A stretch of 64,000 bases of DNA from an uncultured Oscillospiraceae bacterium (lineage in GTDB: Bacteria > Bacillota > Clostridia > Peptostreptococcales > Anaerovoracaceae). The DNA lies in the NCBI GenBank assembly GCA_964442135.1, contig CAYTYN010000001.1:45978-109977 (forward strand), given 5' to 3'. Shown here piece after piece: positions 10,226-18,870 of the stretch (positions are counted from its first letter, which is position 1; every line of letters starts with the position of its first letter). Both the position numbers and the translations under genes were made by a program. The notes under the pieces are model-generated. The model ran no database searches. It was not told the origin of the DNA and saw only the letters and a program-made list of their open reading frames with translations.

Positions 10226-10242
10226 AGCAAAAAATATGCCAA
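10226..10242 (-). promoter_or_regulatory. Sigma-54 (-24/-12) promoter for the dmpA-like/racemase/dtd operon
   Basis: The minus strand reads TTGGCATATTTTTTGCT, i.e. TGGCAT-N5-TTGCT. This is a 10/11 match to TGGCAC-N5-TTGCW with correct GG-to-GC spacing. It lies ~43 nt upstream of the ATG at 10184. Confidence 0.65.
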
Positions 10243-10422
10243 TATTATATTCGTTGATTTTCTGTGGTTCCCTGCTCATTTTTCAGATTTATTCCGATTA
10301 TCCCTGTTTAAAATCTTATTTAATCCCATTGCATTTCTTGAATTAGTCCTCAGAAAAGGTTATAATAAGTGAGCATTTCAGACCATGGGGGAGCTTACGA
10401 CTCCCCAATAAGGAGAACATCA

Positions 10423-12267
10423 TTGAAAACAGTCGCCATAGTATACAAGACCGGCTCTAACACGAGCGCCATGAACTCCATCAAGGCTGATCTGGAGAAG
10501 ATATTCGAGGATCATGTAAATTTTTTCAACGTATATCTGGATGAGTATCCGGATAATTCGGTGCTCCGAGCCGACGCCTACCTGGTGAGGGGAGATGATC
10601 TCTACGAACAGCTGAAGGAAAGAGTGGATAACTTCTCCATGATAATTAAGCTGCACCGAAGCCCCAGCACGGTGATAAAGCTTGGGCAGCTTCTGGAGCT
10701 GGATTCAGAGTGGCTTCACAAAAGGATATACCGGTATCTGCCTAAAGCTATGGAATCCGGCAGCAGCTTTTACACCAATTTCACATACGACTATCTGAAA
10801 AGCGAGATGATCAAGCGGGTAATAGACGACAGCACTATAGGCACCATACTGGTGGGCTCTCTCTTCGAGCCCATTTACGTCAACTATAAGGCTTGTTCCA
10901 TCTTGGGCATATCCGACAAGTCGGAGCTTAACCTGAAAGAGAGTATCCCTCAGGAGGTTCTTCAATCGGCAGACTCCTCGACGGCGAGGGTCGCCATCAA
11001 CCTGAACTATTACCTTTTGAACAAGGATGCCATCACTTTGGCGGATGAAACGATAGGCTACTACATAACTCTCCAGGATGAGAGAGACACTGCTCCGCTG
11101 AGACAGTCGCTGAAGGACAAAGGATATGTAGCCAACTACCGGTTCGAAGACATTATATACACATCGGCCTATATGAAAAAGGTCATAGATACCGCAAAAC
11201 GCATAGCGGGCACGGATCTTACCGTCCTCATAAGAGGGGAGAGCGGTACGGGAAAGGAAATGATAGCTCAGTCCATCCACAACTATTCGGCTCGGTCTAA
11301 TTTCCCCTTTGTCGCCGTAAACTGCGCCGCCCTTCCGGAAACCTTGCTGGAGTCCGAGCTTTTCGGATATGAACCCGGTTCCTTTACGGGGGCGAGAAGC
11401 AAGGGTAAAGCCGGTCTTTTTGAGCAAGCCCACAAAGGAACCATATTCCTCGATGAGATAGGCGATGTATCTCCCCGGCTGCAGTCCAGACTCCTTCGTA
11501 CTATTCAGGAAATGCAGATCATGAGAATAGGAAGCGATAAGCTCATCAGTATCGACGTCAGGATCATAGCTGCCACTAATCGGAACTTGGAAAATGAAAT
11601 CGCCAAAAGCAACTTTAGAAACGACCTGTTCTTCAGGCTGAATGTTCTCTCTATCTACGTTCCCCCTCTTCGGAAGCGAAAAGAGGACATACCCATTCTT
11701 CTTCAGAGCTATCTGGGAGCTGAATACGAAAACATCAGCGCGCACGAAAAGGCCATTCTCATGAAATACGACTGGCCCGGAAACGTGAGAGAGCTTAGCA
11801 ATACGGCAGTATATTACAAGGCTCTGTCCCAGCTTCCCGAATACCTGACCGATCCGGTCAGCCTTCAGGTCGAAAGGGATGATGAACGTATGCCGGATCA
11901 GAACGTCGGAGACAGGTATCAAGACATAACAGATGACCAACCCTGTCATTCGGATGTGAAGAACCGGGGAAGCCTTTTCCCGCCTTCGGATCCGAAGAGA
12001 TATGCAGTCAGGAAGCAAGCTCTGACCGAAGATGAACTGACCCAGATGGTGCTTTCCCTCATATGTGATTATTCCTCACCTGCCCACGGCGTAGGACGGA
12101 CCGTCATACTTCAGCTGTTGAAATCTTCAGGAGTGCACATAAGCGACGGTAAGCTGCGAGAGGTACTCGCTTCTCTCGCCTCGGAGGATCTCATACAGAT
12201 CGGCAAAGGCCGCTTCGGAACCAGGATTACTGAAATTGGTATGGACAGATTAAGAAGACAGTTTTAG
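10423..12267 (+). CDS. Sigma-54-dependent transcriptional activator (PrdR-like architecture)
   Basis: AAA+ core has GESGTGKE, ESELFGYEPGSFTGA and DWPGNVRELSN. TTG at 10423 is the likely start because AAGGAGA lies 6-7 nt upstream, whereas the track's GTG at 10369 has no RBS. The N-terminus has a receiver-less sensor region and the C-terminus lacks a Fis-type HTH. Confidence 0.85.
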   Translation: MKTVAIVYKTGSNTSAMNSIKADLEKIFEDHVNFFNVYLDEYPDNSVLRADAYLVRGDDLYEQLKERVDNFSMIIKLHRSPSTVIKLGQLLELDSEWLHKRIYRYLPKAMESGSSFYTNFTYDYLKSEMIKRVIDDSTIGTILVGSLFEPIYVNYKACSILGISDKSELNLKESIPQEVLQSADSSTARVAINLNYYLLNKDAITLADETIGYYITLQDERDTAPLRQSLKDKGYVANYRFEDIIYTSAYMKKVIDTAKRIAGTDLTVLIRGESGTGKEMIAQSIHNYSARSNFPFVAVNCAALPETLLESELFGYEPGSFTGARSKGKAGLFEQAHKGTIFLDEIGDVSPRLQSRLLRTIQEMQIMRIGSDKLISIDVRIIAATNRNLENEIAKSNFRNDLFFRLNVLSIYVPPLRKRKEDIPILLQSYLGAEYENISAHEKAILMKYDWPGNVRELSNTAVYYKALSQLPEYLTDPVSLQVERDDERMPDQNVGDRYQDITDDQPCHSDVKNRGSLFPPSDPKRYAVRKQALTEDELTQMVLSLICDYSSPAHGVGRTVILQLLKSSGVHISDGKLREVLASLASEDLIQIGKGRFGTRITEIGMDRLRRQF

Positions 12268-12324
12268 TATATAAGTGTCACCGTATTTAGAAAATGAACG
12301 TCTGATTCGTTCGGGAGGTATTAA

Positions 12325-13542
12325 ATGACATCAGAACAAAAGACGCCGGTTACTCCTGCTCAGCTTAAGGCTGCCGCGGAAAAGCTTTATCCTTCTACGG
12401 TAAGGTTCCGACGGTATCTCCACTCTCATCCTGAGCTTTCGGAGCATGAGGAAAACACCGCTCGTTACGTATGCTCCATCCTCGACGACCACAACATCCC
12501 CTATACCGCCGGTGTGGCCGGTCACGGCGTCGTGGCTCAAATCGGAGAGGTAAAAGAGGGGCAGCGGTGTGTAGCCATCAGGGCGGACATGGACGCCCTG
12601 CCTGTGTGTGAAGCCACAGGCCTTGAGTACGCATCGGAGAATCCCGGAGTAATGCACGCCTGTGGTCACGATATGCACACCGCCATACTCCTCTCCACAG
12701 GGATAATACTGAAAGGGTTCTGTGATGAAGGAAGGCTTAACGGAGCGGTTAAACTGTTCTTCCAGCCTTCCGAAGAAACTGTGGGAGGCGCTTCTCCCAT
12801 GATAGAAGCAGGATGTCTCAGGGATCCGGAGGTCAGCTTTATAACGGCTCTTCACGTGGATCCCAATTATCCGGCGGGCACCATCGATTTAAAGTACGGC
12901 CCTATGAATGCGGCAACCTGCAGCTTTTCACTCGCCGTTAAGGGCAAAAGCTGTCACGGCGCCCATCCTGACGCCGGCATAGACACTATCCTCGTTTCTG
13001 CTCAGGTGATTACAGCCCTCCAATCCATTTCCAGCCGGTTCATGGCTCCTACCACACCGGTGGTAGTCACCATCGGCACTGTTAACGGGGGCACGGCAGG
13101 AAACATTATCGCCGGTCAGGTCATGATGACAGGCACCATCAGAGCTCTTGACATGGATACAATGGAAAAGGCCAAGTCTCTGTTCCTACGGATAGTCCGG
13201 GATACAGCTTCCGCCTACGGAGCTTCCGCTGAAGTTTTCTGGGGCAAAGATAATTATCCGGCTCTGATCAACGACGATTCAGTGACAGGCATCGTAGAAG
13301 AGACTGTGGTTGAATATCTGGGCCGCGATATGGTGAGGCTTATGCCTGAACCCAGTCTCGGAGCCGATGACTTCGCCTTTTTCACTCAGAAGGTAAAAGG
13401 AACTTATTTCAACCTGGGAGTTACGAGAGACGGCGAAGCTGCCTACTCTCTCCACAATGAACGCTTCGCCCCGGCCGAGGAGGCAATGCTGAACGGGGTT
13501 ATAATCCAGACAGCTTCCGCTCTCAAGCTGCTGGAGCGGTAG
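12325..13542 (+). CDS. M20-family amidohydrolase (N-acyl-amino-acid / peptide amidohydrolase)
   Basis: 405 aa with the HPELSEHE, ACGHDMH and SLHNERFA blocks typical of the M20D/ILR1-like amidohydrolases. Confidence 0.85.
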   Translation: MTSEQKTPVTPAQLKAAAEKLYPSTVRFRRYLHSHPELSEHEENTARYVCSILDDHNIPYTAGVAGHGVVAQIGEVKEGQRCVAIRADMDALPVCEATGLEYASENPGVMHACGHDMHTAILLSTGIILKGFCDEGRLNGAVKLFFQPSEETVGGASPMIEAGCLRDPEVSFITALHVDPNYPAGTIDLKYGPMNAATCSFSLAVKGKSCHGAHPDAGIDTILVSAQVITALQSISSRFMAPTTPVVVTIGTVNGGTAGNIIAGQVMMTGTIRALDMDTMEKAKSLFLRIVRDTASAYGASAEVFWGKDNYPALINDDSVTGIVEETVVEYLGRDMVRLMPEPSLGADDFAFFTQKVKGTYFNLGVTRDGEAAYSLHNERFAPAEEAMLNGVIIQTASALKLLER

Positions 13543-13582
13543 AAACTTTACACAATGGAGAATTTTAGGAGGAAAAGGGAAA

Positions 13583-14695
13583 ATGAAAATTTTTTTTGAC
13601 GAAAGCGCCCCCAGGGACACACAGGTTCACATTGATACTCAGGCGATTCTAAAAAATTTCCGCAATATAAAGGAGGCCTGCGGTGAAAAGACAGCCGTGA
13701 TGCCTGTTTTAAAGGCTAATGCCTATGGTCACGGTATGGACAGGGTTGCTCAGCTCCTCTACGAGGAGGGCACGGTCTATCTGGCGGTGGCAACTCTTAC
13801 CGAGGCTCTCAATCTGAGGAGCTTAAACGAAGATTATCCTCTCTTTATCTTGGGGCATACTCCGGACAGGATGCTGGAAACCGTAGTAGATAAACGGATA
13901 ACACAGACGATTTTCAGCTACAGTCAGGGAAAGCTCCTCAGCGACCTTGCCGAAAGCAAGGGCGTTAAGGCCTGTGTACACCTGAAGGTGGACACAGGGC
14001 TGCATCGTCTGGGTACAGACGATGTGGAGGAGCTTCGGAAAATCATCTCCCTTCCGGGACTCGATGTGGAAGGAATCTACTCTCATCTGGCTCTTACCAG
14101 CTACGATGACGACATAATTCAGTTCAATAAATTCATGAATATCGCAGACGAATTGGAAAAGGACGGCTTCAAGTTCAAATACCGCCACATTTCCGACAGC
14201 ATTGCAGCTATGGATTACCCGGAATTCCGGCTGGACATGGTTCGTATCGGCGCTATCATTTACGGCCTTAAGGGGTTTAGAAAAGGTCATTTGGAGCTTC
14301 ACCAAGCCTTGTCCATGGTCACGAGGATTTCCCAGCTCCACCGGATACCTAAGGGTGAAGGGGTTAGCTATGATTACTGCTGGAGGGCTCCGAGGGATTC
14401 TGTCATAGCCACTCTGCCATTCGGCTACGCCGACGGATATCCCCGCAATATGCAGGATAAAGGATATGTGACCATCCGTGGTATAAAATGCCCGTTAATC
14501 GGCGTCCTCTGCATGGATCAATGCATGGCCGATGTAACCCACGTTCCCGACGTCTCTGAGGGAGATATAGCCGTAATCTACGGCGACGGCAGCGATAACA
14601 CCATGAGCATTCCGGAAGCCGCCGAGCTGGCGGGAACCATTAAGAATGACATCATCGCTCGCGTAATGGCAAGACCTCTCCGAATATACCGTTAG
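13583..14695 (+). CDS. alr: Alanine racemase
   Basis: 370 aa with PLP-lysine motif VLKANAYGHG and the C-terminal YADGYPR and VCMDQ blocks. Confidence 0.9.
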   Translation: MKIFFDESAPRDTQVHIDTQAILKNFRNIKEACGEKTAVMPVLKANAYGHGMDRVAQLLYEEGTVYLAVATLTEALNLRSLNEDYPLFILGHTPDRMLETVVDKRITQTIFSYSQGKLLSDLAESKGVKACVHLKVDTGLHRLGTDDVEELRKIISLPGLDVEGIYSHLALTSYDDDIIQFNKFMNIADELEKDGFKFKYRHISDSIAAMDYPEFRLDMVRIGAIIYGLKGFRKGHLELHQALSMVTRISQLHRIPKGEGVSYDYCWRAPRDSVIATLPFGYADGYPRNMQDKGYVTIRGIKCPLIGVLCMDQCMADVTHVPDVSEGDIAVIYGDGSDNTMSIPEAAELAGTIKNDIIARVMARPLRIYR

Positions 14696-14778
14696 CCGGT
14701 AAGGCGCCTCTCCTCAGCCATACTTGATATGGAGAGAAGTTAAACGGTGCAAAATTTAAAGCCAAAGCTCAAACTTTA

Positions 14779-14838
14779 AAGGGATACCCCTTTGCAGGCC
14801 TTTTCGCAGCCTGTTTAGGGGTATCCCTTCTTATTTTA
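14779..14838. terminator. Strong bidirectional intrinsic terminator
   Basis: Perfect 13-bp stem AAGGGATACCCCT (14779-14791) / AGGGGTATCCCTT (14817-14829). It is flanked by an A-rich tract on one side and CTTATTTTA on the other, between the convergent alr and dipeptidase genes. Confidence 0.7.
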
Positions 14839-14846
14839 TCCTGATC

Positions 14847-15794
14847 CTAACCTATTACGTCTTTTATCACCCTCAGAGCGTTTCCGTAACAAATCTTTTC
14901 GATCTCATCGTCTGTGTATTCCTTTTCCATGGCAGCCAGTATCTTATTGAATCCGGTGTAGTTTTCCAGCTCACCGACAGATTCTATACCGTCGAAGTCG
15001 GAGCCGAACCCTACGCTCTCAATTCCGGCTTTAGCCACCATGTACCTCATATGCTTCATGATGAGCTCTACGGTAGGATGTTCCCTTCCATCCTCGAGGA
15101 ATTCTCCGCAGAAGTTGATTCCCGCTACGCCGCCTTTTTCCCCCAGAACCTTGAGCTGATCGTCGGTCAGGTTCCTGCGGTGGCTGCACAGCGCTCTGGC
15201 GCAGGAATGGCTGGCGACGAAAGGTTTTTTGCTGTGTTTCGCTACGTCGTAGAACCCTCCTTCAGAGGAGTGGGATACGTCTACTATAATTCCCAGCCGG
15301 TTCATCCGCTCTACAGCTTCTATTCCGAAAGGCTTCAGACCTTTCATGTGTTGGTCGTGATCGTCGCTGGACGGAAATCCAAGGGAGTTTTCAAAGTTCC
15401 ACATAAGGGTTATGAGCCTTACGCCTTTGTCAAACGCTTCGTCTACTCTCTCTATGCGACCTTCCAGAAACACCCCGTCTTCTACGGTAAGGAGCGATGA
15501 TATCTTTCCTGCTTTTTCGTTTTTATCTATATCCTCAGCCTTAAATACGGGAAGAACGTGCTCCTTGTTCATTTCCATCTGCTTCGCATATGTATCGCAC
15601 ATCCTGTGGAACAGGTCGTACGATCCGTACTTCTCTATGCAAGCCCTGTACAAAAACAGTGCGAAGAATTGAACCGTGCCTCCTACCTTTTCTATCATTT
15701 GAAGATCCAAATGACCGCCTTTGTCCAGAATATTTTGTTCCGGATGGAGGAACACCTCTCCCATCGAATCACAATGCATGTCTATCAGTTTCAT
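14847..15794 (-). CDS. Membrane-dipeptidase family (M19) dipeptidase
   Basis: 315 aa with IDMHCDS start, VDVSH, ASHS and GSDFDG motifs of the renal-dipeptidase/M19 fold. Confidence 0.85.
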   Translation of the reverse strand: MKLIDMHCDSMGEVFLHPEQNILDKGGHLDLQMIEKVGGTVQFFALFLYRACIEKYGSYDLFHRMCDTYAKQMEMNKEHVLPVFKAEDIDKNEKAGKISSLLTVEDGVFLEGRIERVDEAFDKGVRLITLMWNFENSLGFPSSDDHDQHMKGLKPFGIEAVERMNRLGIIVDVSHSSEGGFYDVAKHSKKPFVASHSCARALCSHRRNLTDDQLKVLGEKGGVAGINFCGEFLEDGREHPTVELIMKHMRYMVAKAGIESVGFGSDFDGIESVGELENYTGFNKILAAMEKEYTDDEIEKICYGNALRVIKDVIG

Positions 15795-15863
15795 AACATA
15801 CCTCCACTGCTAAAAACAATTTTCAAGTACATTATATCACCAATTTCATTCCTTTGATACCGA

Positions 15864-17270
15864 TCAGCTGAAAAGTCCCAGGCCGAAGAAGGTATCCAGC
15901 TGTCCCAGCAGTACCAGTAGCAGCACGGGAGGCGCTATGAACTTTATGGAGTAGTGGAAGTATTTTTTCATCTTGAACTCCCTTCCCCCATGGATTATCT
16001 CATCGTCCAGATAGTCCGGCTTTATCCATCCAAAGATTATGGCGGTTATAAGGGCGCCGAGAGGCATGAGTATACCTTCCGATACCAAATCGAAGGAATC
16101 CAACCATGTGCTCTGCCCGAAGATCTGCGGAAATCCGTTAGATCCCAGTCCGTCCAGAGATACGAAGGTTCCCTCTGCGGCCACGAACAGTCCCACCATA
16201 ACAGTGATTTTTCTCCTGTTTATAGGCTTTCCCTTTTCTATATGTCTGTCCATTATGGAGGAGCTCACCGCTTCCGTCAGGGAAATAGACGAGGTTATCG
16301 CCGCTATGAATACCAGAACGTAGAACAGGAATCCGAAGAAAGGTCCCAAGCTTCCCATCGCCTGGAATACCGTCTGAAGCGTTATAAACAGAAGTCCGGG
16401 CCCCTGAGCCGGATCCAGACCGGCTGAGAAAACCGCCGGCATTATGGCCAAAGCCGCCATTACCGCAACCGTGGTATCGGCAAGAGGTATTATCAGGGAG
16501 TTCTGCTGTATATTTTCATCCTTCTTCATGTAGGAGCCGTAGGTTACCATTATTCCCATTCCCAGGGAAAGGGAAAAGAACATCTGCCCTCCCGCTGAAG
16601 CCAGGACACTTATCCAGCCTGTGCCTCGGAATACTTCAAAATCAGGCTTGAATATGAATTCCAGTCCTGCTCCTGCTCCCGGAAGGGTAACGCTCCTTAT
16701 GATGATTATGAGAAGCATTACGAAGAGAGCCGGCATGGCGAAGGTGGTAAATTTCTCTATTCCCTTAGATACTCCGGCCTGGACTATTATCATTGTCAGA
16801 AATATGAATATGAGGGTGTAGACTGTGCTCTCCAGCTGGTCTGCCGTAAATCCGGCAAAGAATGCTGAGCTGTCAGCATCTCCCACTCCCCAGGCGGCCC
16901 CGAACAAATCTCCAATGTTTGCAACTGCGTATTTTATGCAGTATCCTCCAAGCATACAGTAGAACCCCAATATGAGAGCCGGGGATATCCATCCGAACCA
17001 ACCGATGATCTTATACTTTTTGCCAAGAGCTCCGTAGGCCGCTACGACCCCTTTGCCCGTCTTTCTTCCCAGGGTCAGCTCAGCCAGCATGATTACTACC
17101 CCTACGAATACTACTAACAGCAGATAGATTACGAGAAAGGCGAATCCGCCATTATTTCCCATCTTATACGGGAACCCCCACAGGTTTCCCAAACCCACGG
17201 CCGAGCCTATGGCCGCCATGAGGAAGCCGAACCTGCTGCCCCATTGTCCTTTTTTATGGTGATGCTCCAT
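15864..17270 (-). CDS. Sodium-dependent transporter, SNF/NSS family
   Basis: 468 aa, multi-TM, with the NSS signature FLMAAIGSAVGLGNLWGFPY. Confidence 0.9.
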   Translation of the reverse strand: MEHHHKKGQWGSRFGFLMAAIGSAVGLGNLWGFPYKMGNNGGFAFLVIYLLLVVFVGVVIMLAELTLGRKTGKGVVAAYGALGKKYKIIGWFGWISPALILGFYCMLGGYCIKYAVANIGDLFGAAWGVGDADSSAFFAGFTADQLESTVYTLIFIFLTMIIVQAGVSKGIEKFTTFAMPALFVMLLIIIIRSVTLPGAGAGLEFIFKPDFEVFRGTGWISVLASAGGQMFFSLSLGMGIMVTYGSYMKKDENIQQNSLIIPLADTTVAVMAALAIMPAVFSAGLDPAQGPGLLFITLQTVFQAMGSLGPFFGFLFYVLVFIAAITSSISLTEAVSSSIMDRHIEKGKPINRRKITVMVGLFVAAEGTFVSLDGLGSNGFPQIFGQSTWLDSFDLVSEGILMPLGALITAIIFGWIKPDYLDDEIIHGGREFKMKKYFHYSIKFIAPPVLLLVLLGQLDTFFGLGLFS

Positions 17271-17333
17271 TTATATTATCCTTTCTTAATTTATCCATCG
17301 CAACTCATGTATGCCCGGTTTATATGGCTTAGC

Positions 17334-18734
17334 CTATATTATGCCGAGGCCGAAGAAACCGTCCAGCTGGACGATTACGATAAAGGCCAGGAATACCGGC
17401 GCTATGTACTTGAGGCACAGGTGTACAAAAGGCCTGCTCTTGTATCTGCTTCCCTTGCGAATCTCATCGTCTATGTAATTAGGTCTTATCCATCCAAGTA
17501 TTATAGTCATTATCAGACATCCGCCCGGCATGAGTATACCCTCGCTGAATAAATCAAAGGTATCCAGCCAAGTGGAGAATCCAAACAGGTGTGGAAGTCC
17601 TCCTCCTCCTAAAGCGTCTACTGCCACAACCACTGCTCCCGCTGTTGACACTGCGCCTATAGTAAGGCTCAGGAAGGTTCTTCCGTAAGACTTGCCCTTC
17701 TCTCTTCTCCTATCCATAAGGGATGATACCGAGCCTTCCAGCATGGATATCGAAGAGGTCAAAGCGGCAAGAAATACCAGCAGATAGAATATGGTGCCGA
17801 AGATAGGTCCCGCTTGGCCCATGCTCTGGAATACGGTCTGTAGGGTTACAAAGAGCATCCCCGGTCCCTGTGTCGGCTCAAGCCCCGCCGCGAACACTGC
17901 CGGCAGTGTGGCTAAACCTGCCAATATGGCGACCAGCGTATCCACCGCGGGAACAATGACAGCGTTTTTCTCCAGGTTTTCCCTGTCTCCAAGGTAAGAG
18001 CTGTATGCTATGAGAACACTGGCAGCCAGTGACAGAGAGAAGAAAAGCTGTCCGCCTGCCGACGCCAAAACCTTCAACCATCCCATTCCCTTGAATACCT
18101 CAAAATCAGGCTTGAACATGAAGGCCAGACCTTCAGACGCCCCCGGAAGGGTCACGCTCCTTATCACCGTTATGATCAGCATTACGAACAGGGCAGGCAT
18201 GGCTATGACGGAAAATTTCTCAAGACCGTTAGATACTCCCGCTATGACTATGATTATGGTAAATGCGGCGAATACGACGGTGAACAGGGACGACTGAATG
18301 GGATCTGCAACGAAGGCGTTGAAATAGGATGCGCTTTCCGTTCCGTTCACTCCCCATGCAGCTCCCAATATGTCTCCAAAATTGGCTACCAGATATTTTA
18401 TGCAGTATCCCCCGAGACAGAGATAGAACATCATGAGAAAGAAGGGAGCGAGGGTAGCTATCCAACCGTTGAACTTGAACTGCCGCCCGATCTTCTCGTA
18501 TGCTCCTATGGCGCCCTTGCCCGATTTTCTGCCTATGGCGAATTCCGCTATCATGCAGCTGTATCCTATGCATGCTGCCAAGATCAGGTATAGCAGCAGA
18601 AAGGCAAAGCCTCCTCCGTTGCCCATCTTATACGGAAATCCCCATAGGTTTCCCAAACCCACGGCCGAACCTATGGCCGCCATGAGGAAGCCGAAATTGC
18701 TCTGAAACTTTCCCTTGTACTTGTTAGTTTCCAT
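17334..18734 (-). CDS. Sodium-dependent transporter, SNF/NSS family (tandem paralog)
   Basis: 466 aa with the same NSS signature. Collinear similarity to the neighbour runs throughout. Confidence 0.9.
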   Translation of the reverse strand: METNKYKGKFQSNFGFLMAAIGSAVGLGNLWGFPYKMGNGGGFAFLLLYLILAACIGYSCMIAEFAIGRKSGKGAIGAYEKIGRQFKFNGWIATLAPFFLMMFYLCLGGYCIKYLVANFGDILGAAWGVNGTESASYFNAFVADPIQSSLFTVVFAAFTIIIVIAGVSNGLEKFSVIAMPALFVMLIITVIRSVTLPGASEGLAFMFKPDFEVFKGMGWLKVLASAGGQLFFSLSLAASVLIAYSSYLGDRENLEKNAVIVPAVDTLVAILAGLATLPAVFAAGLEPTQGPGMLFVTLQTVFQSMGQAGPIFGTIFYLLVFLAALTSSISMLEGSVSSLMDRRREKGKSYGRTFLSLTIGAVSTAGAVVVAVDALGGGGLPHLFGFSTWLDTFDLFSEGILMPGGCLIMTIILGWIRPNYIDDEIRKGSRYKSRPFVHLCLKYIAPVFLAFIVIVQLDGFFGLGII

Positions 18735-18781
18735 GAAATAACCTCCAAATGATAATTACTCAAAAAAATATATGCCCCACC

Positions 18782-18810
18782 ATTATAAACGGCGGGGTTA
18801 AGACTGTCAA
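18782..18810 (-). promoter_or_regulatory. Consensus sigma-70-type promoter (TTGACA-17 nt-TATAAT) for the SNF-SNF-dipeptidase unit
   Basis: On the minus strand, TTGACA lies at 18810-18805 and TATAAT at 18787-18782, with an exact 17-nt spacer. Confidence 0.6.
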
Positions 18811-18870
18811 TTCAAACAAAAAGAAAAGTAAGAAATTTGTGTTTTGCTATAAATTGCAGTAATTTCTCCT

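Noticed and set aside
10369-10422. GTG start of the activator ORF as given in the track.
   Set aside because: It has no RBS. A TTG 54 nt downstream has AAGGAGA at ideal spacing and begins the conserved-looking LKTVAIVYKTG segment. It is kept only as an alternative.
10705-12018. 437-aa ORF antisense to the sigma-54 activator gene, the longest of many long antisense ORFs in the track.
   Set aside because: It exactly shadows a well-supported gene on the opposite strand. It has no RBS, and its composition (Leu/Ser/Arg/Cys/Tyr/Val-rich, no recognisable motifs) is typical of antisense translation. The host's codon usage avoids TTA, CTA and TCA, which leaves the antisense frame free of stops.
17299-17318. 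Possible second sigma-54 promoter (GGGCAT...TTGCG) between the two SNF genes.
   Set aside because: The GG-to-GC spacing is 13 nt instead of 11, so it does not fit the -24/-12 geometry.
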